Shown: positions 28,710 through 38,266 of the stretch, one piece after another | How the letters are laid out: the number at the start of each line of letters is the position of its first letter | Position numbering within the stretch: position 1 is the first letter of the stretch | DNA from: Gemmatimonadota bacterium | GTDB lineage: Bacteria; Gemmatimonadota; Gemmatimonadetes; Palauibacterales; Palauibacteraceae | Direction of reading: 5' to 3' | DNA: 64,000 bases | NCBI GenBank assembly: GCA_965116475.1 | Contig: OZ220691.1 | Location: 2,965,484-3,029,483, forward strand | Made by a program: the position numbers and the translations under genes | The notes under the pieces: generated by a model | What the model was told of the DNA's origin: nothing | Seen by the model: only the letters and a program-made list of their open reading frames with translations | Databases searched by the model: none

Positions 28710-29833
28710 CCCTCTGGATCGGCGTGATGTCGGGCACTTCGCTGGACGGCATCGATGTCGCCGTCGTCGAGACGGCGGGAGACCGCGAGCGGCCGGCGGA
28801 CTGGCGCGTCGTCGCCTTCGAGACGGAGAGCTACGACCGCGCCGTGCGCGGACGGATCGCCGGCGCCATCACCTCGGGGAGCGCCGCGGCGATCTGCGCG
28901 CTCGACTTCGAGCTGGGCGAGCGGATCGGTGCAGCCGTGAACCGGACGCTGGCTTCCGCCTCGCTCCGGCCGGCCGATGTCGAAGCCATCGGCAGCCACG
29001 GCCAGACCGTATGGCACGAGCCGCCCGCGGGCGCCCGGGGAGGGTCGACGCTGCAACTCGGCCAGGCCGCGGTCATCGCCGAGCGCACCTCGTGCGCGGT
29101 GGTGTCGGACTTCCGCGTGCGGGACATGGCGGCGGGCGGGGAAGGCGCGCCCCTCACGGCCTATACCGACTTGCTCCTCTTCCGCGCACCGGAATCGCGC
29201 GCGATTCAGAACATCGGCGGCATCAGCAACGTGACGGCGCTCCCCGCCGAAACCAGCGGGGCGACGCCGCAGGCCTACGATACCGGTCCCGGGGTCGTGC
29301 TCATCGATGGGGCGGTCGAGTGCCTTACGGAAGGGCGATCGCGCTTCGACCGCGACGGAGGGATGGCGCGGCGCGGGGCGGTGAGCGAAGACGCGCTCTC
29401 CGATTGGCTGAGCGATCCCTTCTTCCGCCAGCCCCCGCCCCGGTCGACGGGACGCGAGCGCTTCTCGCGGGACCGGCTGCTGGAATGGCTGCGGCGCCAC
29501 GCCACGCTTTCGCCCGAAGACACGATCGCCACCCTGACGGAACTCACCGCGCGCACGATCGCGGACGCCTATCGATGGATCGAAGAGCGGCCTGCGGCGT
29601 GCTATCTCGGCGGCGGCGGAGCCCGGAACCCGGTGCTCGCAGCGCGAATCGAGCAGCTGCTGGATCCGATGCCCGTCCGCGACCTGTCCGCCCTCGGCCT
29701 CGACGCGGATGCGCGCGAGGCCGTGGCCTTCGCGCTCCTGGCGAGACAGCATGTGCTCGGGTATCCCGCCAACGCGCCGTGGGCCACGGGGGCGAGCGGT
29801 CCCCGCCTGCTCGGAGTGCGGACCGCCGCGTGA
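28706..29833 (+). CDS. anmK: Anhydro-N-acetylmuramic acid kinase
   Basis: GVMSGTSLDGID, GSHGQT, GGEGAPL, NIGGISN, DTGPG, STGRERF, EAVAFA; GTGA overlap. Confidence 0.95.
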   Translation: MTLWIGVMSGTSLDGIDVAVVETAGDRERPADWRVVAFETESYDRAVRGRIAGAITSGSAAAICALDFELGERIGAAVNRTLASASLRPADVEAIGSHGQTVWHEPPAGARGGSTLQLGQAAVIAERTSCAVVSDFRVRDMAAGGEGAPLTAYTDLLLFRAPESRAIQNIGGISNVTALPAETSGATPQAYDTGPGVVLIDGAVECLTEGRSRFDRDGGMARRGAVSEDALSDWLSDPFFRQPPPRSTGRERFSRDRLLEWLRRHATLSPEDTIATLTELTARTIADAYRWIEERPAACYLGGGGARNPVLAARIEQLLDPMPVRDLSALGLDADAREAVAFALLARQHVLGYPANAPWATGASGPRLLGVRTAA

Positions 29834-31290
29834 CCCGGTCCGACGTGGACCCCGCCCGGGTCGTCATCGAGGCGCTCCGGCTCGACCGCTGGTCTCCGGC
29901 TGAAGTGGAGAGGCGTGCGGACCGGGCGCTCGCCCTCGGCGTGGGGGGGTTCATCCTGTTCGGCGGCGAAGCGGAACGCGTCGGTCGTCTGGTCGAACGG
30001 ATCCGCGACGACGCGGCGTGGCCGCTCTGGATCGGGGCGGACCTCGAACGGGGCGCGGGTCAGCAGATCCGGGGCCTGATCGAGTTGCCCCCGCCCGCCG
30101 CGCTCGCGGCCCGCCCGCGTCCCGATGCCGCCGTCGTGGCGGCGGGTCGCGTCACCGCCCGGGAAGCGCTCTCCATCGGGATCAACTGGGTGATCGCGCC
30201 GGTGCTGGATCTGGATGCGGAACCTGACAATCCGATCATCGCCACGCGCAGTTTCGGCGCGGACCCGCGGCGGGTCGCGGAACTGGGCGGCCGCTGGATC
30301 GACGCCTGCCAGTCCGCCGGCGCCGCGGCGTGCGCGAAGCACTTTCCGGGTCACGGCAGGACGACGGAGGATTCGCATATCGGACTCCCCTCCATCGACG
30401 CCCCGGCCGGGCTTCTGGAGGAGGATCTCGCGCCTTTCGCGGCGGCGGCGGACCGGGTCGCCAGCGTGATGGTGGCGCACGTCGCGTATCCGGCACTCGG
30501 CGGCGAGCGGGCGGCGACGGTGGAGCCGAATATCGTCTCGGGGCTCCTTCGCGGACGGCTGGGCTTCGAAGGGGTCGTGACCACGGACGCCATGATCATG
30601 GGCGGCGCCGGCCCCGACGATGCAGGCGCCGCCGTCGAGGCGGTCGCCGCGGGGTGCGATCTCATCTGCTATCCCGGCGATGCCGGCGCGACGGTCGCGG
30701 CGCTGGCGCGGGCCGCCGAAGACCCGCGCTTCGCCGCCAAGCTGGAGGAGGCCTCGATCCGGTCGGCCCGCAACTGCCCGTCCTCCGCGCGGGCATCGCG
30801 GCCGGAGTTCGAGTCGGTCGCCTTCGCGCGCGATACGATCGCGGGCGATCCGGAGATCCTGCGCGGCTGGACGCCGCGGGCACCGACGCGGGTCGTCGGC
30901 GTGTCGGACGACCCGGATGTCGGGCCCCCGGCCGGCCGCGCCGGAGCGTTGGGCACGATCGTCGCCGACGACTTGCGCGCGGCCGGCTGGCGGGTCACGG
31001 ACAGCCCCGACGCCGGACAGTGCATCGTCGTGCTCGCCGCGACGCCGCGCGGCTGGAAGGGCCGGGGTGCGCCCGCGGCCGAGGTCGTCGAGCGGACGCG
31101 CGCCCTCGTCCACTCCGCCCGCCGCGGTCTCGTCGTACTGCTCGGCCACCGCCGCTGGCTCGAGGTGCTCGGCGTCCCCGGCATCTGCGCGTGGTCCACC
31201 GAGACCGTGATGGAACGGGCCGCCGCGGACTGGCTGCGCGTCGCAGCCGGCGCGGCGGCGGGAACAGGGCCCGCCGGGGTGGACCGCTGA
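29830..31290 (+). CDS. nagZ: GH3 beta-N-acetylglucosaminidase
   Basis: ADLERG, APVLD, RSFG, KHFPGHG...DSH, TDAM; GTGA overlap. Confidence 0.88.
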   Translation: MTRSDVDPARVVIEALRLDRWSPAEVERRADRALALGVGGFILFGGEAERVGRLVERIRDDAAWPLWIGADLERGAGQQIRGLIELPPPAALAARPRPDAAVVAAGRVTAREALSIGINWVIAPVLDLDAEPDNPIIATRSFGADPRRVAELGGRWIDACQSAGAAACAKHFPGHGRTTEDSHIGLPSIDAPAGLLEEDLAPFAAAADRVASVMVAHVAYPALGGERAATVEPNIVSGLLRGRLGFEGVVTTDAMIMGGAGPDDAGAAVEAVAAGCDLICYPGDAGATVAALARAAEDPRFAAKLEEASIRSARNCPSSARASRPEFESVAFARDTIAGDPEILRGWTPRAPTRVVGVSDDPDVGPPAGRAGALGTIVADDLRAAGWRVTDSPDAGQCIVVLAATPRGWKGRGAPAAEVVERTRALVHSARRGLVVLLGHRRWLEVLGVPGICAWSTETVMERAAADWLRVAAGAAAGTGPAGVDR

Positions 31291-33050
31291 GTCCGGTCGA
31301 CTGGTGGATCGTCGCGATCTATCTCGCCCTCACGTTCGGTGTCGGCCTGTGGCTCTCGCGCCGGGCCCGCGGGAGCATCGTCGACTTCTTCGTCGGCGGG
31401 CGCGCACTGCCGTGGTGGCTCGCGGGCACGTCGATGGCCGCGACCACGTTCTCGGTGGATACGCCGCTCTATGTCTCGGCCCTCATCGCGCGCCGGGGCA
31501 TCGCCGGCAACTGGGAATGGTGGTCCTTCGGCCTCTCCCACCTCCTTCTCATCTACCTCTTCGCGCGTCTGTGGCGCCGCGCCGGAATCGTCACGGACGT
31601 GGAACTGACGGAACTTCGCTACGGCGGCCGCCCCGCCGCCGTCCTGCGGGCCACGCGCGCCTTCCTGTTCGCGGTTCCGATCAACTGCATCTCGATCGGC
31701 TTCGTGATGCTGGCCATGCGCAAGGTCGTCGAGGCTCTCGGGCTCCTCCCGGACCTGTCCGGCTGGATGCCGGGAGACGAGCGCCTGTGGGCCGTCGTGG
31801 CCCTCTCCATCTTCGTGCTCGCCTACGCGAGCATCGCCGGGCTGTGGGGTGTCGTCGCGACGGACTTCTTCCAGTTCTTTCTCGCGCTCTTCGGAGCCAT
31901 TCTCGTGGCCGCCTTCGCCCTGGCGGAAATCGGGGGGATCGCGGAACTCAAGGCGCAACTCGCGGCGGCGGGGCGGAGCGATGCCCTGGGGATGGTCCCC
32001 CGGCCGGGCTCCGAAGCCCTCCCGTTCGGCACCTTCCTCGCCTACCTCGGCATACAGTGGTGGGCCTTCCGCCGGTCCGACGGCGGGGGCGAGTTCGTGC
32101 AGCGCCTCCTCGCCTGCCGCACCGAAGCGGACGCGGAGCGCGCTGCCTGGTGGTTCGTGTGGCTTCACTACGTCGTCCGCGCGTGGCCCTGGGTGCTCGT
32201 CGGACTCGTGGCCGTCGTCGTCTTCCCGGATCTGGCCGATCCCGATCTGGGGTACCCGATGCTGATGCTGCGCTACCTTCCCGCCGGCCTCCTGGGACTC
32301 GTCGTCGCATCGTTCTTCGCCGCCTTCATGTCGACCGTGTCGACGCAGATCAACTGGGGCGCGAGCTATCTCGTGAACGACCTCTACGCCCGCTTCGTCG
32401 ACCCGGACGCCTCGTCCGCGCGACTCGTCCTGCTGGGCCGGCTCGCTTCGGTCTGCATCGTTGCGGCCGCGACGGCGGCGGCGTTCTTCGCCAATGACAT
32501 CGGGGCGCTGTTTCGTTTCATGATCGCCATCGGCACGGGGCCGGGGGCCGTGCTCATCCTGCGCTGGTTCTGGTGGCGGGTGAACGCCTGGGCTGAACTC
32601 GCCTCCATGCTTGCCGGCTTCGCCATCGCGCTCTGCTCCTATCTCCCGGCCTTCGGTGCGATGGAGTTCGGGACGCGGCTCGCGCTCACCGCCTTCGGTT
32701 CGGCGGCGGTCTGGCTTCCCGTGATGTGGTTCACGCGCCCGGAGGACGAGGCGACGCTGCTGGCGTTCTATCGACGGGTGCGGCCCGCCGGGCCGGGCTG
32801 GCGCGCGGTCCGCGAGCGCGCGGGTGTTTCTCCCGACTTCCCCCTCCGCGAAGCGCTCCTGCGGACGGCGGGGGCGACGCTGCTCCTGTTCGGGGCGATG
32901 TTCGCCCTCGGAGGCATGCTGCTGCTCGAGCCGCGAACCGCCACCCTTTCCGCCGCCGTGGCCGTTCTGGGCGGCGCCGGGCTCTGGATCCTGCGTCGCT
33001 CCTCTCCCCGGAGAAGCCCCCGGAAAGCGCTTCACCGCTCTCGGCGCTGA
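31287..33050 (+). CDS. Sodium:solute symporter in the PG-recycling operon; probable CTG start
   Basis: (M)SPVDWWIVAIYL, FFVGGRALPWW, SMAATTFS, AAFMST; multi-TM. Confidence 0.9.
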   Translation: MSPVDWWIVAIYLALTFGVGLWLSRRARGSIVDFFVGGRALPWWLAGTSMAATTFSVDTPLYVSALIARRGIAGNWEWWSFGLSHLLLIYLFARLWRRAGIVTDVELTELRYGGRPAAVLRATRAFLFAVPINCISIGFVMLAMRKVVEALGLLPDLSGWMPGDERLWAVVALSIFVLAYASIAGLWGVVATDFFQFFLALFGAILVAAFALAEIGGIAELKAQLAAAGRSDALGMVPRPGSEALPFGTFLAYLGIQWWAFRRSDGGGEFVQRLLACRTEADAERAAWWFVWLHYVVRAWPWVLVGLVAVVVFPDLADPDLGYPMLMLRYLPAGLLGLVVASFFAAFMSTVSTQINWGASYLVNDLYARFVDPDASSARLVLLGRLASVCIVAAATAAAFFANDIGALFRFMIAIGTGPGAVLILRWFWWRVNAWAELASMLAGFAIALCSYLPAFGAMEFGTRLALTAFGSAAVWLPVMWFTRPEDEATLLAFYRRVRPAGPGWRAVRERAGVSPDFPLREALLRTAGATLLLFGAMFALGGMLLLEPRTATLSAAVAVLGGAGLWILRRSSPRRSPRKALHRSRR

Positions 33051-33102
33051 CGCGGGGTTTTGCCACGGGGCGCCGGCACCCCTTCCGCCGCGGTTTCCCG
33101 GC

Positions 33103-33131
33103 TTGACCACAACATATGGTGTAGTTATCAT
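33103..33131 (+). promoter_or_regulatory. sigma70-type promoter of nrdJ
   Basis: TTGACC (33103-33108), 17-bp spacer, TATCAT (33126-33131) in an AT-rich island. Confidence 0.75.
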
Positions 33132-33154
33132 TTGAAGGCCACTACATATAGCGG
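33107..33154 (+). promoter_or_regulatory. Tandem NrdR boxes
   Basis: CCACAACATATGGTGT (33107-33122) and CCACTACATATAGCGG (33139-33154) match acaCwAtATaTwGtgt; 32-bp spacing; upstream of an RNR gene. Confidence 0.9.
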
Positions 33155-33158
33155 TACG

Positions 33159-33225
33159 TGTGGAAAAAACACGGATTTTGTGTGGAAAAGCTGTGGAGTC
33201 GTGGAAAACCGCCCGACGATCCACA
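33159..33225. promoter_or_regulatory. Cluster of DnaA-box-like sites
   Basis: TGTGGAAAA at 33159 and 33181 (= TTTTCCACA, fits TTWTNCACA), CGTGGAAAA at 33200, weaker sites at 33192 and 33217. Confidence 0.6.
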
Positions 33226-33333
33226 GCGATCGCATTCGGAGAACCAGAACGATGGGCGCGGGGTAACGTCGATCTCCGCGCCCGTCAGGCTTCCCGGCCT
33301 AGGCCGGCATTCGACTCGCGCGGTCGTCGGGTC

Positions 33334-33353
33334 CCGGCCGAAGCCGGTTTTTT
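33334..33353 (+). terminator. Terminator-like hairpin in the nrdJ leader
   Basis: CCGGC-CGAA-GCCGG followed by TTTTTT. Confidence 0.5.
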
Positions 33354-33407
33354 CCGCGGATTGACCTGATTTGTGGACGGTCGAGAACAGGAAGGCGGGG
33401 GGCGGCA

Positions 33408-36047
33408 ATGAATCCACCGGATGTGGCGGTGCGGGAGGGCGCGGCGACCAGCGCCCCGGTGCGGGGTGAGATGCGGATGGGCTCCAATGCCAGGCCGGCC
33501 GACCTCGCCGAGCCGGGACTTGCCGAGAACGCGCGGACGGTGCTGGCGCGCCGGTATCTGAAGAAGAACGATCGCGGCGAGCCGATCGAGGGGCCGCGCG
33601 ACCTCTTCTGGCGCGTGGCCGATGTCGTCGCGTCGCAGGATGGCCGCTACGGAGCGACGGACGAGGCGGTCCTCGAGCGCACGGAGCGCTTCTATCACCT
33701 GATGGCCGACGGCATCTTCGAGCCGAACAGCCCCACGCTCATGAACGCCGGGCGCCCGCTCGGGCAGCTCTCCGCGTGTTTCGTGCTTCCCGTACCGGAC
33801 AGCCTCGACGGCATCTACGAGACGCTGCGGGACATGGCCCTCATCCATCAGAGCGGGGGCGGCACCGGGTTCGGCTTCAGTCGCCTCCGTCCGTCCGGTG
33901 ACGTCGTCAAGTCGACGATGGGCGTCGCGAGCGGCCCGGTCAGTTTCATGGAGGTCTATGACGCCTCGACCGAGGCCGTGAAGCAGGGCGGCACGCGGCG
34001 GGGCGCGAACATGGGCATCCTGCGCGTCGATCATCCGGACATCCGCCATTTCATCGAGTGCAAGGCGGACAAGAACCGGATCACGAACTTCAACATCTCG
34101 GTCGGTGTCACCGACGCCTTCATGGCGGCGGTCCGGACGGGCTCGGACTACGATCTCATCAGCCCGCGGACCGGCGATGTCGTGGATCAGTTGAACGCCG
34201 GAGAGGTGTTTTCGAGCATCGTCTCCAGCGCGTGGCGGAACGGCGAGCCGGGGGTCTTCTTCATCGACGAGGCGAACCGCTACAACCCGGTCCCGCACCT
34301 CGGCGGCTACGAAGCCACGAACCCGTGCGGCGAACAGCCGCTGCTCGCCTACGATGTATGCAATCTCGGCTCGATCAACGTCGGCTACTTCGTCGACGAT
34401 CAGGGTCGGATCGACTGGGACGGGCTCGGCGGGGCCGTCCACGAATCGACCCGTTTCCTCGACAACGTCATCGACGCCAACCGCTACCCGCTTCCGAAGA
34501 TCGAAGATCTTTCCCAGCGGATCCGCCGCGTCGGTCTCGGGGTCATGGGCTGGGCCGACATGCTCGTAAGGATCGGCGAACCCTACGGTTCCGAGCGCGC
34601 GGTCGAACTCGCGCGCGAGTTGATGGAGTTCGTCGACGAGGAATCCAAGGTCGAGTCCGAACGGCTGGCCGCCGAGCGCGGCGTCTTTCCCGAGTGGGAG
34701 CGATCGATCTGGGGTCCCGACGAGACCTGCGCCCGGGACGCCGACGGCAATCGGATCCGCCCCGAACGCAGGCTCCGCAACTGCAACCTGACAACGGTCG
34801 CCCCCACGGGGACCATTTCGATCATTGCGGGGTGTTCAAGCGGGATCGAACCACTGTTCGCGGTCGCATTCATGAGGAATCAGGCAGGCGTACTGATGCC
34901 GGATGTGAATCCGGACTTCGTGCGCCGTGCGAAGGAAGGGGGTTGGTACTCGGAGGAGCTGATGCAGCGCATCGCCGACGAGGGCCACATCCACTTCGAT
35001 GAAGTGCCGGGGGATGTCCAGGGGATCTTCGTCACGGCGCACGATGTTCCGCCCGAGCAGCACATTCGCATGCAGGCCGCATTTCAGGCGCATTGCGACT
35101 CCGCCATCTCGAAGACGTGCAATTTTGCGACGACCGCCACGGAGGAGGACGTGCGCAAGATCTACGAGATGGCGTACGAGCTGCGGTGCAAGGGGGTTAC
35201 CGTCTACCGCGACGGGTCGCGCGACGAGCAGGTGCTGTCGGCGGGCAGGACGGCGAAGGATGTGCAGCGCCAGACGAGCGAGAGCGGTTCGGCCGTGGCC
35301 GCGGACGGCGTCCAGCTCGAAGCCGTCGATGTGGATCCGGAACTCGCCGGAGATCTCGCGGACACGCTGACCCGGCTCGCCGCCGCGGAGGCGCAGAACA
35401 GCGAACTGCAGGCGCACAACCGGAAGCTCGAGAATGCCGTCGAGCAGAAGCAGCGGCGGATCACCGAACTCGAAGGTTCCAGGATGCGCCGCGTCGAGAG
35501 GCGGCAACGGCCTGCCGTCCTGCGGGGTCACACCCGGCAGATCGAATCGCCGCTGGGTACGATGTACGTGACGATCAACGAGGACGATCAGGGGCGTCCG
35601 TTCGAGGTCTTCGTCGCCCTCGGCAAGACGGGAGGGGCGGCGATGGCGGATGCCGAAGCCATCGGACGGCTGTGCTCGCTCGCCCTGCGTTCGGGAATCA
35701 CGTTGCGCGATGTACACAAGCAGCTGCGCGGGATCTCTTCCGACCGGGCCGTCGGACTCGGGGCGAGCAAGGTGCTCTCCGGCCCCGACGCGATCGCTCA
35801 GGTCATCGAACGCTACCTGGAGGAGAAGGAAGGGATTCAGCAGACGCTGCCCATCGAGGACGTGGAGACCGCCCGGAGAAAGAACACCAATGGGGGCGCC
35901 CGGTCGGCGCAACGCCCCGTGATCGAGCGGTACCAGGAGTCGGCGGCCCGGCTCTTCCTCGGAGCGTGCTCGGAGTGCGGCAGCAGCCTCGCTTTTGAGG
36001 AAGGCTGCGCGAAGTGCTACGCTTGCGGCTACAGCGAGTGCGGCTGA
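33408..36047 (+). CDS. nrdJ: Class II (B12-dependent) ribonucleotide reductase with C-terminal TSCPD/Zn-ribbon region
   Basis: [54 protein letters not shown]-terminal CxxC...CxxC..SECG. Confidence 0.95.
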   Translation: MNPPDVAVREGAATSAPVRGEMRMGSNARPADLAEPGLAENARTVLARRYLKKNDRGEPIEGPRDLFWRVADVVASQDGRYGATDEAVLERTERFYHLMADGIFEPNSPTLMNAGRPLGQLSACFVLPVPDSLDGIYETLRDMALIHQSGGGTGFGFSRLRPSGDVVKSTMGVASGPVSFMEVYDASTEAVKQGGTRRGANMGILRVDHPDIRHFIECKADKNRITNFNISVGVTDAFMAAVRTGSDYDLISPRTGDVVDQLNAGEVFSSIVSSAWRNGEPGVFFIDEANRYNPVPHLGGYEATNPCGEQPLLAYDVCNLGSINVGYFVDDQGRIDWDGLGGAVHESTRFLDNVIDANRYPLPKIEDLSQRIRRVGLGVMGWADMLVRIGEPYGSERAVELARELMEFVDEESKVESERLAAERGVFPEWERSIWGPDETCARDADGNRIRPERRLRNCNLTTVAPTGTISIIAGCSSGIEPLFAVAFMRNQAGVLMPDVNPDFVRRAKEGGWYSEELMQRIADEGHIHFDEVPGDVQGIFVTAHDVPPEQHIRMQAAFQAHCDSAISKTCNFATTATEEDVRKIYEMAYELRCKGVTVYRDGSRDEQVLSAGRTAKDVQRQTSESGSAVAADGVQLEAVDVDPELAGDLADTLTRLAAAEAQNSELQAHNRKLENAVEQKQRRITELEGSRMRRVERRQRPAVLRGHTRQIESPLGTMYVTINEDDQGRPFEVFVALGKTGGAAMADAEAIGRLCSLALRSGITLRDVHKQLRGISSDRAVGLGASKVLSGPDAIAQVIERYLEEKEGIQQTLPIEDVETARRKNTNGGARSAQRPVIERYQESAARLFLGACSECGSSLAFEEGCAKCYACGYSECG

Positions 36048-36128
36048 CGCCAGAGGTTCGCCCGCGGCAGTAGATTCGGGTTGGATCGGCGCCTGGCCAT
36101 CCGCGCACCGAACCGCCGGGGGAAGCCC

Positions 36129-37346
36129 TTGAACACTCCGTCTTCTTCGCGTCGCTCGACGATCTCCGTCGACATCGGCGGCGTCCGGGTGGGCAGCGCC
36201 CATCCCATCGTCGTCCAGTCGATGACGAACACCGATACGGCGGATGTGGCGGCCACCGCGGACCAGGTCCGGGCACTCCACGAGGCGGGCTCGGAAATCG
36301 TCCGCATTACCGTGAATACGCCGGGGGCCGCCCGGGCGGTGCCGCGGATCGCGGAACATCTGTCCAGGCAGGGCATCGAAGTGCCGCTCGTCGGCGACTT
36401 CCATTTCAACGGGCACATTCTGCTGCCCGGCCATCCCGATTGCGCCGCCGCTCTCGCCAAGTTTCGCATCAACCCGGGCAACGTCGGCCGAAAGCGGCGC
36501 GATGAGCAGTTCGCGACGATCGTCCGCTGCGCGATCGAGCACGACAAGCCCGTCCGCATCGGGGTCAACTGGGGCTCGCTCGACCAGATGCTGCTGACCC
36601 GGCTCATGGATGAGAACGCGCGTCGCGCGGAACCGCTGGATGCGCACCGGGTCACCCTCGACGCGATCGTGGAGAGTGCGCTCGCCTCGGCCGAAGCCGC
36701 GGAAGGCCTGGGTCTCGGGGCCGACCGCATCGTGCTTAGCGCGAAGGTGTCGCGCGTGCCGGACCTGGTGACCGTGTACCGCGAACTCGCGTCCCGCTGC
36801 GAATACCCGCTGCACCTCGGCCTCACGGAAGCGGGGATGGGGCGGAAGGGCACCGTCGCGTCCTCGGCCGCCCTCGCCATCCTGCTCTCCGAGGGGATCG
36901 GCGATACGATCCGTGTGTCGTTAACGCCCGAACCCGGCGCCGACCGGACCGAGGAGGTCCGGATCGCGCAGCAACTGCTGCAGTCGCTCGAGTTGAGGAG
37001 TTTCAAGCCCCAGGTGACGGCGTGCCCCGGCTGCGGACGGACGACGAGCACCTTCTTCCAGCAGTTGGCGCTCGATGTCGAAAGCCATATCGCCGATCGT
37101 CTGGCGGCCTGGCGGGAGCGCTATCCCGGCGTCGAGGATCTCTCCGTGGCCGTGATGGGGTGCGTGGTCAACGGGCCCGGCGAGTCGAAGCATGCGGACC
37201 TCGGCATCTCGCTGCCGGGGGTGGCCGAGGCGCCGACCGCGCCCGTCTACGTCGATGGCAAGCACCACTCGACGCTGCGCGGGGATGGGATCGTGGAGGA
37301 GTTCCTGCAGATTCTCGACGGGTACGTCGAACGCCGCTTTTCCTGA
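36129..37346 (+). CDS. ispG: (E)-4-hydroxy-3-methylbut-2-enyl-diphosphate synthase
   Basis: [54 protein letters not shown]. Start is approximate. Confidence 0.96.
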   Translation: MNTPSSSRRSTISVDIGGVRVGSAHPIVVQSMTNTDTADVAATADQVRALHEAGSEIVRITVNTPGAARAVPRIAEHLSRQGIEVPLVGDFHFNGHILLPGHPDCAAALAKFRINPGNVGRKRRDEQFATIVRCAIEHDKPVRIGVNWGSLDQMLLTRLMDENARRAEPLDAHRVTLDAIVESALASAEAAEGLGLGADRIVLSAKVSRVPDLVTVYRELASRCEYPLHLGLTEAGMGRKGTVASSAALAILLSEGIGDTIRVSLTPEPGADRTEEVRIAQQLLQSLELRSFKPQVTACPGCGRTTSTFFQQLALDVESHIADRLAAWRERYPGVEDLSVAVMGCVVNGPGESKHADLGISLPGVAEAPTAPVYVDGKHHSTLRGDGIVEEFLQILDGYVERRFS

Positions 37347-37385
37347 AGGCTGCGGGCAGGTCGCCCGCTGACGGCGGGTGTCAGG

Positions 37386-37586
37386 CTAGCGGCGGGCCTT
37401 CTGGCGACGACGCCGACGACGCCGACGGCGTTCCGCCGCTTTCATCTTGCGACGCCGCGCCTCGCTCGGCTTCTCGTAGAACCGGTGCTTCTTGATATCC
37501 CGGAAGATCCCGGCTCGCTGAACCTTGCGGCGGAACTTCCGCAGCGCGCGATCGAGTTCTTCGTTGTCGCGTAACGTGTACTGCAA
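37386..37586 (-). CDS. rpsU: 30S ribosomal protein bS21
   Basis: LDRALRKFRRK, FYEKPSEARRRK; AGGAGG RBS with TTG start. Confidence 0.93.
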   Translation of the reverse strand: MQYTLRDNEELDRALRKFRRKVQRAGIFRDIKKHRFYEKPSEARRRKMKAAERRRRRRRRRQKARR

Positions 37587-37751
37587 GTGTAAGCCTCCTG
37601 GCAGGGCAACTCTGACGGCCTGCGAAGTTTAGCCGCCCGCGCGGCGGCCCGTCAAATATCCCGGCTGTCCCGCCCGGGCCCGCCCGCGGCCCGATCTTCG
37701 CACCGGTGGTGTCCAGGCGGCCGCACCCGCCGCGGAGATGGGGCGGGACGT

Positions 37752-37781
37752 TTGCATCGATGGCATGTTCAAGCCTATAGT
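37752..37781 (+). promoter_or_regulatory. sigma70-type promoter for the 37904 gene/pyk operon
   Basis: TTGCAT, 18-bp spacer, TATAGT. Confidence 0.55.
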
Positions 37782-37797
37782 AGGTTCTGGAAGCCCG

Positions 37798-37864
37798 AGG
37801 ACCGTGCGGCTGGGATGAAGGGGAATCGTGGAGATTGTCCGACCTTCCGGCGGCACGGTCTTTT
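37798..37864 (+). ncRNA. Candidate structured leader RNA (long imperfect hairpin plus U-tract)
   Basis: AGGACCGTGC/GCACGGTCTT, GCTGG/CCGGC, GAAGG/CCTTC and AATC/GATT nested pairings. Confidence 0.4.
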
Positions 37865-37903
37865 GCGTCTCTGGCTGCTACGTAAGACGTAAGGAGGCTG
37901 AAC

Positions 37904-38233
37904 ATGGCAGGTCTCGTCGCCATCTCATCCGACGGCACCCTCGAAGTTGAAGGTCACGCCTATCTGATCCCCGCCGAGTTCTCCGCCCGCGAAGTCTACA
38001 GTTACCGCCGCCTCATGGAGCCGATACCGGACATCCCCGGCGGAACGAGCCTCAACCCGGAACAGCGCCGCCGCCAGCGCGCTTACTTTCTCCGCCGTGC
38101 CGCCGCCTGTATCATCCCGGGCTTGCAGGTGAAATCCCTCGAGGGGCTTCCACTCGGCCAGCTGCAGCACATGCACGAGTGGATCGTAGCCCACCGACCC
38201 GATCTCTCGGAGGCCAGCCGGCTGCCTGGATAG
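37904..38233 (+). CDS. Hypothetical protein (109 aa)
   Basis: Strong AAGGAGG RBS at 37891-37897; coding-like composition. Confidence 0.75.
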   Translation: MAGLVAISSDGTLEVEGHAYLIPAEFSAREVYSYRRLMEPIPDIPGGTSLNPEQRRRQRAYFLRRAAACIIPGLQVKSLEGLPLGQLQHMHEWIVAHRPDLSEASRLPG

Positions 38234-38266
38234 GAACCGTGGCCTCCCACGCCGCTTGGGCCACGG

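Noticed and set aside
27509-33050. Apparent long N-terminal extensions of anmK, nagZ and SSS in the ORF track (likewise glmS at 58589 and the serine hydrolase at 4697)
   Set aside because: Open-frame run-ons through upstream genes; true starts sit at stop/start overlaps or RBS sites.
37400-37432. GACGACGCC repeats
   Set aside because: They simply encode the poly-Arg tail of bS21.
37798-37864. SRP (ffs) or 6S RNA
   Set aside because: No CAGG...GNRA...AGCA SRP loop; too short for 6S.
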